Below are positions 9,279 to 17,058 of a stretch of 64,000 bases of DNA, piece after piece (the first letter of the stretch is position 1; the number at the start of each line of letters is the position of its first letter). Below the pieces are notes generated by a model. It made no database searches. It worked only from the letters and a program-made list of their open reading frames with translations, and was not told the origin of the DNA. The translations under genes were made by a program, and so were the position numbers. This DNA is from Gemmatimonadota bacterium (lineage in GTDB: Bacteria > Gemmatimonadota > Gemmatimonadetes > Longimicrobiales > Gaopeijiaceae), in the NCBI GenBank assembly GCA_039589955.1, contig JBDHGI010000003.1, positions 4,535-68,534 of the forward strand, in the 5' to 3' direction.

Positions 9279-10730
9279 CTAGCCCGACGTCGATGTCAGG
9301 GCAGGCGGCGTGCCCAGACGCTGGAGGGCGTCCCCCAGGACCCGCTCGACAGCCAGGGCCGCGGCGAGGGCCGTCTCGTCCTCGCCACCGAGGGCCACCA
9401 GCTGAAGGCCCACGGGCATTCCGGCGTCGTCCAGGCCTACGGGAACCGTAACGGCGCACAGGTCCAGCATGCTGACCGGACAGGTAGGGCGCAGGCAGGC
9501 GGCGTTGACCTCCCGATACCGCGCCATGGGACCCAGCTCGTCGACGCTTGGAGGCGTCAGCAGGGCCGTCGGCAGAGCGAGCACCTGCGCCTGGGCGAAG
9601 AGCTCCGTCGCCGCCGCCGCGAGCCGCTCCCGTTCCGCGACGGCCAGGCCGTACCGCTCGCTGGTGAGGGGCGGGGCGTCCTTCAGCCTCGACCCGACGG
9701 TGGGATGTAGCCGCTCCAGCCACCCCGGGAGGTCCCTCTCCAGGAAGTCCCTGCACTCGGCGCCTGCCATCCCCCCGTGCATGTAGAGGTGTCCGGCGCC
9801 GTCCAGGAGGCCACCGTCCATCTCGGTAACGAGCCATCCGTCGGCCCGAAGCTCGGCCAGCGCTCCGTGAAGGACATCGGCCACGTCCGCCTGGCACTCT
9901 CTCCAGATCCCGCACCGGGGCAGCCCGAGGCGGATCCCGTTCCCGAGGGCGGTCAGCCGACGAAGCAGAGACTCCGGCGTGCCCCACCTCCCGTCCACGG
10001 AGCCGAAGAAGTAGACGCTGTCCGAGACGCGGCGGGTCAGGGCGCCGACGGTGTCCAGCGTGGAGCTCAGGGGCACGACGCCGTCGGTGGGCCACCGGCC
10101 CTTGGTGGTCTTGTGCCCGACGGTGCCGGTCATCGATGCCGGGATGCGGATGGAGCCCCCCGTGTCCGTGCCCAGGGCGATCAGGGCCGATCCCTCCCAG
10201 AGGCTCACCCCCGCACCGCAGGACGATCCCCCGGGAATCCGATGCCGGTCGGCATCCCACGGATTCCAGGGCGTGCCCCAGTGGGGGTTCACGCCGGTAG
10301 CCCCGTAGGCGAGCTCGACGGTGTGGGTCTTGCCGGTGAGGACGGCCCCCTGGCGCCTGAGCGCCGCCACCAGCCACGCGTCCCGGGACCAGGACTCCGG
10401 GAGCTGCCGAGCGGTTCCGGCGAAGGTGGGGAGCCCGCCCATTCCGTAGAGGTCCTTGACCGACACGGGGAGGCCGCACAGGGGTGGGGGAACCGCCTCC
10501 CGGTCGAGGATTCGATCCGCCCGCCGGGCCCCTTTCCGGGCTCCCTCGACGTCCACGCACTTGTAGGCGTTGAGGGGAGCACCGCGCTCGGCGTGGCAGC
10601 GGAGGGCCTCTTCCAGGAGCTCGGCGGCGGAGCATCGACGTTGCCGCAGGGCAGCGGCTACCTCGGTGAGCGGGCGATCCAGGAGGTCACGCATGGAGGA
10701 CGATAGGGTCCCGGGGGCGCTGTCCGCCAT
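9279..10730 (-). CDS. Amidase (amidase-signature family, GatA-like)
   Basis: AS motifs IPGGSSCGAGVSL and GTDTGGSIRIPAS. Track ORF starts at 10847, but I prefer the ATG at 10730 (MADSAPG) or 10694 (MRDLLDRPL). A TATAAT promoter-like element for the divergent gene lies at 10806. Confidence 0.85.
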   Translation of the reverse strand: MADSAPGTLSSSMRDLLDRPLTEVAAALRQRRCSAAELLEEALRCHAERGAPLNAYKCVDVEGARKGARRADRILDREAVPPPLCGLPVSVKDLYGMGGLPTFAGTARQLPESWSRDAWLVAALRRQGAVLTGKTHTVELAYGATGVNPHWGTPWNPWDADRHRIPGGSSCGAGVSLWEGSALIALGTDTGGSIRIPASMTGTVGHKTTKGRWPTDGVVPLSSTLDTVGALTRRVSDSVYFFGSVDGRWGTPESLLRRLTALGNGIRLGLPRCGIWRECQADVADVLHGALAELRADGWLVTEMDGGLLDGAGHLYMHGGMAGAECRDFLERDLPGWLERLHPTVGSRLKDAPPLTSERYGLAVAERERLAAAATELFAQAQVLALPTALLTPPSVDELGPMARYREVNAACLRPTCPVSMLDLCAVTVPVGLDDAGMPVGLQLVALGGEDETALAAALAVERVLGDALQRLGTPPALTSTSG

Positions 10731-10805
10731 GGCGCCGGGGACCCGCTGCTGCGCCGATGTCCGAGTCCGCCCACGATCCCGGTCGTGACTTGGTGGCCGA
10801 TCTTG

Positions 10806-10811
10806 TATAAT
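10806..10811 (+). promoter_or_regulatory. Candidate -10 element (perfect TATAAT) upstream of the small Cys-rich gene
   Basis: The sequence cttgTATAATgtg sits 47 nt upstream of the ATG at 10859, in otherwise very GC-rich DNA. No convincing -35 at canonical spacing. Confidence 0.3.
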
Positions 10812-10858
10812 GTGCCCCGCGAGACCCCAGGCACCGACCACGACCATCGGAGCGACGA

Positions 10859-11050
10859 ATGGCGACGTACACCTGCGATATATGCGGCATGAGCGTGAAC
10901 ATGACCTGCGCCAAGTGCGGCAGGGAGCTCGAGCACGGAACCATCACCACGGAGGCCGGCGCGACGGTGGCGGTCTCCCAGTGCCCCGAGGGTCACGGCA
11001 AGATCAAGTCCCCCATGTGCTGCGCCCAGGACATGACCTGCGCCATCTAG
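10859..11050 (+). CDS. Small Cys-rich metal-binding protein (zinc-knuckle plus desulforedoxin-like CxxC...CC motif)
   Basis: 63 aa with 8 Cys: MATYTCDICGMSVNMTCAKCG...SQCPEGHGKIKSPMCCAQDMTCAI. YxCxxCG and MCCxxDM resemble the desulforedoxin / Dfx N-terminal pattern (from memory). Confidence 0.6.
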   Translation: MATYTCDICGMSVNMTCAKCGRELEHGTITTEAGATVAVSQCPEGHGKIKSPMCCAQDMTCAI

Positions 11051-11988
11051 GCGTCGCCCCCACGGACATCCAGACGGAGATCGAGGCTCCGGGCCACGCG
11101 ACAGGCCTCTGACCACTCGGTTGCCGAGATCCTTCGATCGATCTCGGCGTAGGCGCTGCGGCGCACCTTGCCCGCGGGTCGGTACTGGTCCATGAGGTTG
11201 ACGTAGGTGCCGGGGCCGAGCTCCGTGGCCAGCCATCTAAGGCACTCCCGCGTCTCCTCCAGGAGCCCCGGCATCACGAGATGGCGGACCAGCACGCCCC
11301 GGGTCGCCAGCCCCCGCTCGTCGATGTGGAGGGCACCCACCTGGCGATGCATCTCCTTCAGGGCCTGACGGGCGACCTCGGGATAGTCTTCGGCCTTGAG
11401 GTACCGTCCGGCCGAGTCGGCCGACCACACCTTGAGATCCGGCATGTAGATGTCGACCACGCCGTCCAGCCACCGGAGACTCTCGAGGCTGTCGTACGCG
11501 CTGGTGTTGTAGACCAGCGGAAGGCGCAATCCGCGGGGCACCGCGCAGGCCACGGCCTCCAGTACCTGAGGCACCACGTGCTCCGGTGTCACGAAGTTGA
11601 TGTTGTGACAGCCGCGGGCCTGGAGCGCCAGCATGATGTCCCCGATCTCTTCCGCCGTGCGGGCGCCGACGGACGTGCCCGGCCGGACGGCTTGGCTGAT
11701 GTCGAAGTTCTGGCAGAAGACGCAACGCAGGTTGCAGTGCGCGAAGAAGATGGTGCCCGACCCGTTCCACCCCCGCAGGCAATCCTCTTCGCCGAAGTGC
11801 GGAAAAGCGCTGGAGACCACGGCGTGTCGTCCCGTCTTGCACGCGGACCACTTGTCCGCGAGGCGGTCGACTCCGCAGTCGCGAGGACACGCCCGGCAGG
11901 CGGCCAGGGATTCGACCGCCAGCCCCGCGCGCTCGGCCAGCTCGTCGGGCGAGAGGTTCCGGTAGGCCGGTTTGGTCAGTAGCGCCAT
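11047..11988 (-). CDS. Radical SAM protein, PflX-like (pyruvate formate-lyase activase homologue, COG1313-type)
   Basis: Only the 3' 942 nt of track ORF 11047..13893 are real; the start is the ATG at 11988 (MALLTKPAYRNLSPDEL). N-terminal Cys cluster CRACPRDCG and radical-SAM CxxxCxxC in HCNLRCVFCQN. Confidence 0.85.
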   Translation of the reverse strand: MALLTKPAYRNLSPDELAERAGLAVESLAACRACPRDCGVDRLADKWSACKTGRHAVVSSAFPHFGEEDCLRGWNGSGTIFFAHCNLRCVFCQNFDISQAVRPGTSVGARTAEEIGDIMLALQARGCHNINFVTPEHVVPQVLEAVACAVPRGLRLPLVYNTSAYDSLESLRWLDGVVDIYMPDLKVWSADSAGRYLKAEDYPEVARQALKEMHRQVGALHIDERGLATRGVLVRHLVMPGLLEETRECLRWLATELGPGTYVNLMDQYRPAGKVRRSAYAEIDRRISATEWSEACRVARSLDLRLDVRGGDA

Positions 11989-13871
11989 CCCAGCAGGTTC
12001 CAGACGGTGAGCTGCCACACGAAGAGGCAGAAGACGACCGCCGCCAGCGAATAGAGGATCCGCACCGTCCGGCGGCCCCTCCCCTTTCGCCACAGCTGCA
12101 CGGCCAGAGCCACCCACCCGACGGTGGGGACGAGCGCGACCACCGGGACGAGCAGGGCGACCCCCAGGCTGGGCGGCACCTCCACGGCGATGACGGTGGG
12201 ATCCCTGAGGATGACGACCATGGCCGCCACGGACAGGGCGAAGAGGGCCGCCGCCGTCCACGGCACCAGCCGCGCGACGGCGGGAATGCGAATCAGGTCG
12301 TGGGTCCGCACGCCGTACCATCTCCGCGCGGCCCAGCCGACGAAGGGGAAGAGGAGTGTCACGCCGGTGGCGAGGAGGAACAGCACTCCGATCACGAACG
12401 TCGTCGTGGGGTGCTCGGCCAGGGGTAGGCGCTCGAAGGCGACGATGGGAACGCTTCCGACGAAGAAGTTCGTGATGTCGCCTGCACCGTCCTCCCGGAA
12501 GAGCAGCATCTCGTCGCCGTGGCGTTCCCGGAAGGTCAGGGGCGCGACCTCGACCCACTCGGAGCTCAGCGCCCGGAGGGTTCCGTCCTCGGTGGCGCTG
12601 ACGGTCACCGCCGCCGTGGCGGCGAGCTTGGCGATCGTCGTGTGGGAGAACCGGTTGGCTCGGTACTCCCCGGTGAACCGGTCGGCACGCTCGGCGAAGT
12701 CCTCCGGGGGCGTGGCGATCACCTCCTCCACGGGAAAGTACCGGTCCACGAAGGCATCGATAAACGGACCCGTGGCGGCGCCGCCCTCCTCGGAGTTGAA
12801 CGACACGAAGACGCCCAGACCGTGGTCGGGAAAGAGCGCCAGCGCACTGTGGAACCAGAACGTGTCGCCGCCGTGCCCGATCACGCGCTGTCCGTTCCGG
12901 GTCATCTCCATGAAGCCGTGGGCCATCCCGTTCACGCCCGGGGCCATGCGATGGTGGACGGTCTGCATCCGACGGGCCGTTCCCTCGTCCAGGAATCGGC
13001 CACCGTCGAACGTGCCGAGCTGGAGATGGCCGATCATGAAGCGCGCCATGTCGAGACCCGAGGCCGCGGCGGCTCCCACAGGCGCCAGGGGCACGTACTC
13101 GAAGTCCTCCTCCTGGAAGGAGCCTGCGGCATAGCTGTACCCCTTGGACATGTGGGGGGCCAGATGGTCCGGAAGGGGCTGCCGGAAGGTCGTGAACTCC
13201 ATGCCGAGGGGCTCCAGGATGCCCCCCTCCGTCAGCTCGATCCACCCGGTTCCGGACGCCCGCTCCACCATGTACGCGGCCATGCCCGTCGCGTGGTTCG
13301 AGTAGGAGGACAGGTCCCCTGGCGGTCGCACCCGGGCCGGAATCTGCTCCCTGAGGAGCTCGCCCAGGGGGCGCACGTCCTCGGCGTCGTTTCCGAAGAG
13401 CTCGATGACGTAGTCCTCGAAGCCGCCGGCGTGGGCCATGATGTCGGCCAGAGTCACCGGCCTCTCGAACGCTTCCGGGATCTCGAAGTCCAGGTACTCG
13501 TTGATGTCGACGTCCAGGTCCAGGAGACCCTGCTCCACCATCTGCATCACCGAGGTCCAGGTGAACAGCTTGGACACGGAGCCGATCCGGAAGAGGGTCG
13601 TGGCGGGATCGACCCCCCTCCTGGCCTCCCAGTCGGCGTATCCGTAGCCCTTGGCGAAGAGAATCTGGCCGTCCCTCACCACGGACACGACGGCGCCGGC
13701 GGTGTGGTGCTCCTCGAGCAGCACCCGCATGAGCCCGTCGACGAAGGCCTCGAGCTCCGTGGGATCGGTGGGTCCGTCGGAGAGGGGCGGGTCGCCCTGC
13801 TCCTGCAGGGCTCCGAGGGGAGCGGCGAGCGCCAGCGTCATCACGACGAGCAGCAGGAACCGATGGATCAC
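11976..13871 (-). CDS. Serine hydrolase (beta-lactamase fold) with C-terminal multi-TM anchor
   Basis: 631-aa ORF with signal peptide MIHRFLLLVVMTLALAAPLGA. Motifs: SxxK in IGSVSKLF, YSN in SYSNHATG, HGG in IGHGGDTFWF. About 4 C-terminal hydrophobic helices (FVIGVLFLLATGVTLLF, LVPWTAAALFALSVAAMVVIL, and others). The stop overlaps the start of the radical-SAM gene by 13 nt. Confidence 0.9.
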   Translation of the reverse strand: MIHRFLLLVVMTLALAAPLGALQEQGDPPLSDGPTDPTELEAFVDGLMRVLLEEHHTAGAVVSVVRDGQILFAKGYGYADWEARRGVDPATTLFRIGSVSKLFTWTSVMQMVEQGLLDLDVDINEYLDFEIPEAFERPVTLADIMAHAGGFEDYVIELFGNDAEDVRPLGELLREQIPARVRPPGDLSSYSNHATGMAAYMVERASGTGWIELTEGGILEPLGMEFTTFRQPLPDHLAPHMSKGYSYAAGSFQEEDFEYVPLAPVGAAAASGLDMARFMIGHLQLGTFDGGRFLDEGTARRMQTVHHRMAPGVNGMAHGFMEMTRNGQRVIGHGGDTFWFHSALALFPDHGLGVFVSFNSEEGGAATGPFIDAFVDRYFPVEEVIATPPEDFAERADRFTGEYRANRFSHTTIAKLAATAAVTVSATEDGTLRALSSEWVEVAPLTFRERHGDEMLLFREDGAGDITNFFVGSVPIVAFERLPLAEHPTTTFVIGVLFLLATGVTLLFPFVGWAARRWYGVRTHDLIRIPAVARLVPWTAAALFALSVAAMVVILRDPTVIAVEVPPSLGVALLVPVVALVPTVGWVALAVQLWRKGRGRRTVRILYSLAAVVFCLFVWQLTVWNLLGWRY

Positions 13872-14032
13872 GTGGCCTCCTCCCCGGAGTCATGCCCAGC
13901 GCGGGCGGACACCATCATGTTAACCGTCGGTCGCCTTCAGGATAGGGACAGCATCGGAGTCACGCCCTCCGATAGCGGGGAATCGCGCCCGCCAGTCGAC
14001 GGGAGCTCTCCGGACAGGCACCGGCGGTGGCC

Positions 14033-14052
14033 ATATCAACCACTGTTGATAT
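14033..14052. promoter_or_regulatory. Candidate ArsR operator: inverted repeat ATATCAAC-cact-GTTGATAT
   Basis: Perfect 8-4-8 inverted repeat ending 8 nt before the arsR ATG. It overlaps an AT-rich TATATT at 14050-14055 that could be the -10 element. Confidence 0.6.
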
Positions 14053-14060
14053 ATTTGCCC

Positions 14061-14405
14061 ATGGCCAGCTCAGAGACCGCCTCTGCTCCCACGGCCGTCT
14101 TGGCCGCCTTCCAGGCCCTGGCGGACGAGAACCGCCTGCGGATCATCGATGTCCTGCGGGAGGGTGAGCAGTGTGTGTGCGAGCTCCAGTCGGCGCTGGA
14201 TCTCGGGCAGTCGTTGCTCTCGCACCACCTGCGAGTGCTTCGGGACGCCGGGCTGGTCGGGTCGCGGCGTGAAGGGCGGTGGGTCCACTACGCCCTGTCG
14301 TCCGAGGTGCTCGAGATGGCACAGGAGTGGATCGAGCACGCTCGGGAGGCAGCCGAGACCGACACGAGCATCTCTGCGATCTCAACCAACGGAATGCCTG
14401 GATGA
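14061..14405 (+). CDS. arsR: ArsR/SmtB-family metalloregulator
   Basis: Last 114 aa of track ORF 12519..14405: [46 protein letters not shown], a winged HTH with the CVC metal(loid) site. Its stop overlaps the next start (ATGA). Confidence 0.9.
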   Translation: MASSETASAPTAVLAAFQALADENRLRIIDVLREGEQCVCELQSALDLGQSLLSHHLRVLRDAGLVGSRREGRWVHYALSSEVLEMAQEWIEHAREAAETDTSISAISTNGMPG

Positions 14406-15559
14406 CCACTACGTCCCGAAGGCTGTCCTTCCTCGACCGCTACCTCACCCTGTGGATCTTCCTGGCCATGGCCGTCGGCGTGGGCGTCGGATACCTGTGG
14501 CCAGGCGGCATCCGTGCGCTGAACGAGAGCACTCAGATCGGCACCACGTCGGTGCCCATCGCCGTCGGGCTCATCCTCATGATGTATCCGCCCCTGGCCA
14601 AGGTGCGGTACGAGGAGTTGGGAGATGTGTTCCGGAACGGGAAGGTCCTGGGCCTCTCTCTGGTGCAGAACTGGGTCATCGGCCCCGTGCTGATGTTTGC
14701 CCTGGCGGTGATCTTCCTGAGGGACTACCCCGAGTACATGGTGGGGCTCATCCTCATCGGCCTGGCCCGGTGCATCGCCATGGTCATCGTGTGGAACGAC
14801 TTGGCGGAGGGTGATTCGGAATACGCTGCGGGCCTGGTGGCCTTCAACTCCATCTTCCAGGTGCTCTTCTACAGCGTGTATGCGTGGTTCTTCATCACGC
14901 TGCTCCCGGAGCTGCTGGGGATGGAAGGGGTCGTGGTGGACATCACCATGGGGGAGATCGCCCAGAGCGTGTTCATCTACCTGGGCATCCCGTTCCTGGC
15001 CGGGATGCTGACGCGCCTCGTGCTCATCCGGGTAAGGGACAAGGAGTGGTACCACGGGCGGTTCATTCCCCGGATCTCCCCGCTGACCCTCGTGGCGCTC
15101 CTCTTCACCATCGTGGTCATGTTCTCCATCCAGGGCCGAGCCATCGTCCAGCAGCCGTTGGGCGTGTTGAAGATCGCGGTGCCGCTTCTCATCTATTTCG
15201 TGGCCATGTTCGTTGTGTCGTTCTTCATGAGCCGGAGGGTGGGTGCGGACTATCCGAAGACGGTGACGCTCTCGTTCACCGCCGCGTCCAACAACTTCGA
15301 GCTGGCCATAGCCGTGGCGGTGGCCACGTTCGGCATCGGACACGGGGCGGCGTTCGCCGCCGTGATCGGCCCACTGGTGGAGGTGCCCGTCCTGATCGGG
15401 CTGGTGACGGTGGCGCTGCGATGGCGGTCGCGGTACTTCCCCGGCGCGGTCGAGAGCATCGCGGGCATATCCGACTGCGCTGTTCCCGCCGGCGTCAGCC
15501 CTCGTCCGCCGTCGGCTGAACGGCCTTCAGAACCTCACGGGTCAGGTCCCATCGGTTGA
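14402..15559 (+). CDS. acr3: ACR3-family arsenite efflux transporter
   Basis: In-frame ATG at 14402: [31 protein letters not shown]...MMYPPLAKV...ARCIAMV. About 10 TM segments. The 3' tail overlaps the convergent gene by 65 nt. Confidence 0.9.
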   Translation: MTTTSRRLSFLDRYLTLWIFLAMAVGVGVGYLWPGGIRALNESTQIGTTSVPIAVGLILMMYPPLAKVRYEELGDVFRNGKVLGLSLVQNWVIGPVLMFALAVIFLRDYPEYMVGLILIGLARCIAMVIVWNDLAEGDSEYAAGLVAFNSIFQVLFYSVYAWFFITLLPELLGMEGVVVDITMGEIAQSVFIYLGIPFLAGMLTRLVLIRVRDKEWYHGRFIPRISPLTLVALLFTIVVMFSIQGRAIVQQPLGVLKIAVPLLIYFVAMFVVSFFMSRRVGADYPKTVTLSFTAASNNFELAIAVAVATFGIGHGAAFAAVIGPLVEVPVLIGLVTVALRWRSRYFPGAVESIAGISDCAVPAGVSPRPPSAERPSEPHGSGPIG

Positions 15560-16943
15560 ACCCCTGCCGCCCGTAGTCGAGGCCACGGCGGACGATCACC
15601 AGGTCGTGGGAGGGCACGACGATGACGTACTGGCCGCGGTTCCCTGCGGTGGAGTACGCGTCGGCCGGGACGTCGGTCCGGTCGTCGGGAACGAGCCACC
15701 ACTGGCCGCCGTAGAAGTTGCCCGACTCGGCCGTGGCCGGTGCAGGAGTGCGGACGAAGTCGATCCATGCCTCGGACAGCAGGCGCTGCCCTCCCCACAC
15801 GCCTCCCTGCAGGTAGAAAAGCCCGAACCGGGCCAGGTCACGGGCGTTCGTGTACACCTGACTGCTGAGGACGAAGTCACCGAAGCGATCCACGCTGAGG
15901 AGCGAGCTGCGCATGCCGATGCGGTCCAGCAGGGCCCGGCGCGGGTACTGCAGGTAGGTCTCGGCGTCGCCCAGGGCCAGCTTCATGGCATAGACGCCGA
16001 GCAGCGTGTCGTAGTTCTCGTAGTCCCAGCTCGTGCCGGGCTCGCGGATGAGAGCGCGGTGGCGAGCGCCACGGACCGAGCTGGCGCCGGCCCAGTACGC
16101 AAGGCCGGAGCCGGTGGCGTACTCCAGGCCGAAGTTGTCCACCGGGTAGAGCCCGCTGGACATGTTCAGGACGTGGCGGAGGGTGATGGCGTTCCGTGGG
16201 TCGGTCTCCGGTGAGGCGGCCCGGGGAAGCCACTCGAAGCCGAGGGGCTCGTCCAGGGCCATGTGGCCCTGGTCCACCAGCATCCCGATGAGGGTCACGG
16301 CGATGCTCTTGGCCGTGGACCAGGTTCGGGTGCGTGTGGCGGCGTCGACGCCCGGGGCGTAGCGCTCGTGGACGATGCGGCCCTGGTGGACCACGAGAAG
16401 GCTGAGGGTGACCTGCTCCGGAGACTCACGGTCGAAGGCCCAGTCGGAGGCGGCGGCCAGCGCGGCGGCGTCCACGTTGGCCGGTAGCGGTTCCTCGGCG
16501 ACGAGGTCACCGTCGGGCCAGGGGATTGCGGCCGGATCTCCCGGTGGGGGAGGGACGTCGAGCACGGGGAGGGATTCGATGTCCTCGAAGGTCTGGTCGG
16601 GAGCCATGACGATGCATCCCAGGCCTGGCCGGAAGGCGGCGCGCATCGTGGGCAGGACGCCCGCCTTCCCGATGGCCACGGCCTTCCGACTCCGGTCCAC
16701 CTCGTAGTCGCCGCCCCGGGCCGTCCCCACCGGCTCACGCAGGTAGGCCAGCTCCTGGGCGAAGACCTGCTCGAGCGTCCGATGGGAGGTGAACAGACCG
16801 TTGCACATCAGGACGGCCTGCACGCCCCTCTGGACGAGCTCCCGGTCGAAGCTCCAGTAGTCGTAGCGTTCCGCCTGCTGGGCTCGGCCAGCGGATGGCA
16901 GAAGCAGCGAGAGACAGACGAAGACGATGCCGAGGTGTTTCAT
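15495..16943 (-). CDS. Secreted serine hydrolase (beta-lactamase fold)
   Basis: Start at the ATG at 16943 ([23 protein letters not shown], a signal peptide). SxxK in [10 protein letters not shown]; YxN in DYENYDT. The track ORF extends to 17249, but that part overlaps the upstream gene. Confidence 0.85.
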   Translation of the reverse strand: MKHLGIVFVCLSLLLPSAGRAQQAERYDYWSFDRELVQRGVQAVLMCNGLFTSHRTLEQVFAQELAYLREPVGTARGGDYEVDRSRKAVAIGKAGVLPTMRAAFRPGLGCIVMAPDQTFEDIESLPVLDVPPPPGDPAAIPWPDGDLVAEEPLPANVDAAALAAASDWAFDRESPEQVTLSLLVVHQGRIVHERYAPGVDAATRTRTWSTAKSIAVTLIGMLVDQGHMALDEPLGFEWLPRAASPETDPRNAITLRHVLNMSSGLYPVDNFGLEYATGSGLAYWAGASSVRGARHRALIREPGTSWDYENYDTLLGVYAMKLALGDAETYLQYPRRALLDRIGMRSSLLSVDRFGDFVLSSQVYTNARDLARFGLFYLQGGVWGGQRLLSEAWIDFVRTPAPATAESGNFYGGQWWLVPDDRTDVPADAYSTAGNRGQYVIVVPSHDLVIVRRGLDYGRQGFNRWDLTREVLKAVQPTADEG

Positions 16944-17058
16944 GGGTCCCGGGATGTGGAGTGACGGGCGGGTCGGCCCTTCCTGTGATCCTGGATAGTA
17001 GGGGCATCGGCGCCACGCACGCGAGGAGGCCCGAAGAACGTGGACGGCACGGGGCTCC

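Noticed and set aside
9242-9279. Hairpin AGGAGCCTG...CAGGCTCCT between the convergent esterase and amidase genes, as a bidirectional terminator
   Set aside because: The stem is 9 bp but the loop is about 20 nt, and there is no U-tract on either strand. That is too weak to call an intrinsic terminator.
6622-10635. Long minus-strand ORFs 6622..8013 and 8068..10635
   Set aside because: Both are antisense or out of frame relative to motif-bearing genes (hydrolase, lipoprotein, esterase, amidase). Composition is dominated by R/G/P/A and no motifs are recognisable.
11989-13893. Upstream 634 codons of the 948-aa ORF 11047..13893
   Set aside because: This is a different frame from the real serine hydrolase (11976..13871), which has SxxK/YSN motifs. 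Only the last 313 aa (radical SAM) are genuine.
12519-14060. Plus-strand ORF leading into arsR (12519..14405)
   Set aside because: It is antisense to the serine hydrolase. Only the final 114 aa form the ArsR winged-helix protein, which has its own ATG and operator.
15495-15559. 65-nt convergent overlap of ACR3 and the serine hydrolase, as a possible antisense regulatory arrangement
   Set aside because: It is more simply explained by a non-conserved C-terminal tail on ACR3 extending to the first available stop. No structure or motif was seen.
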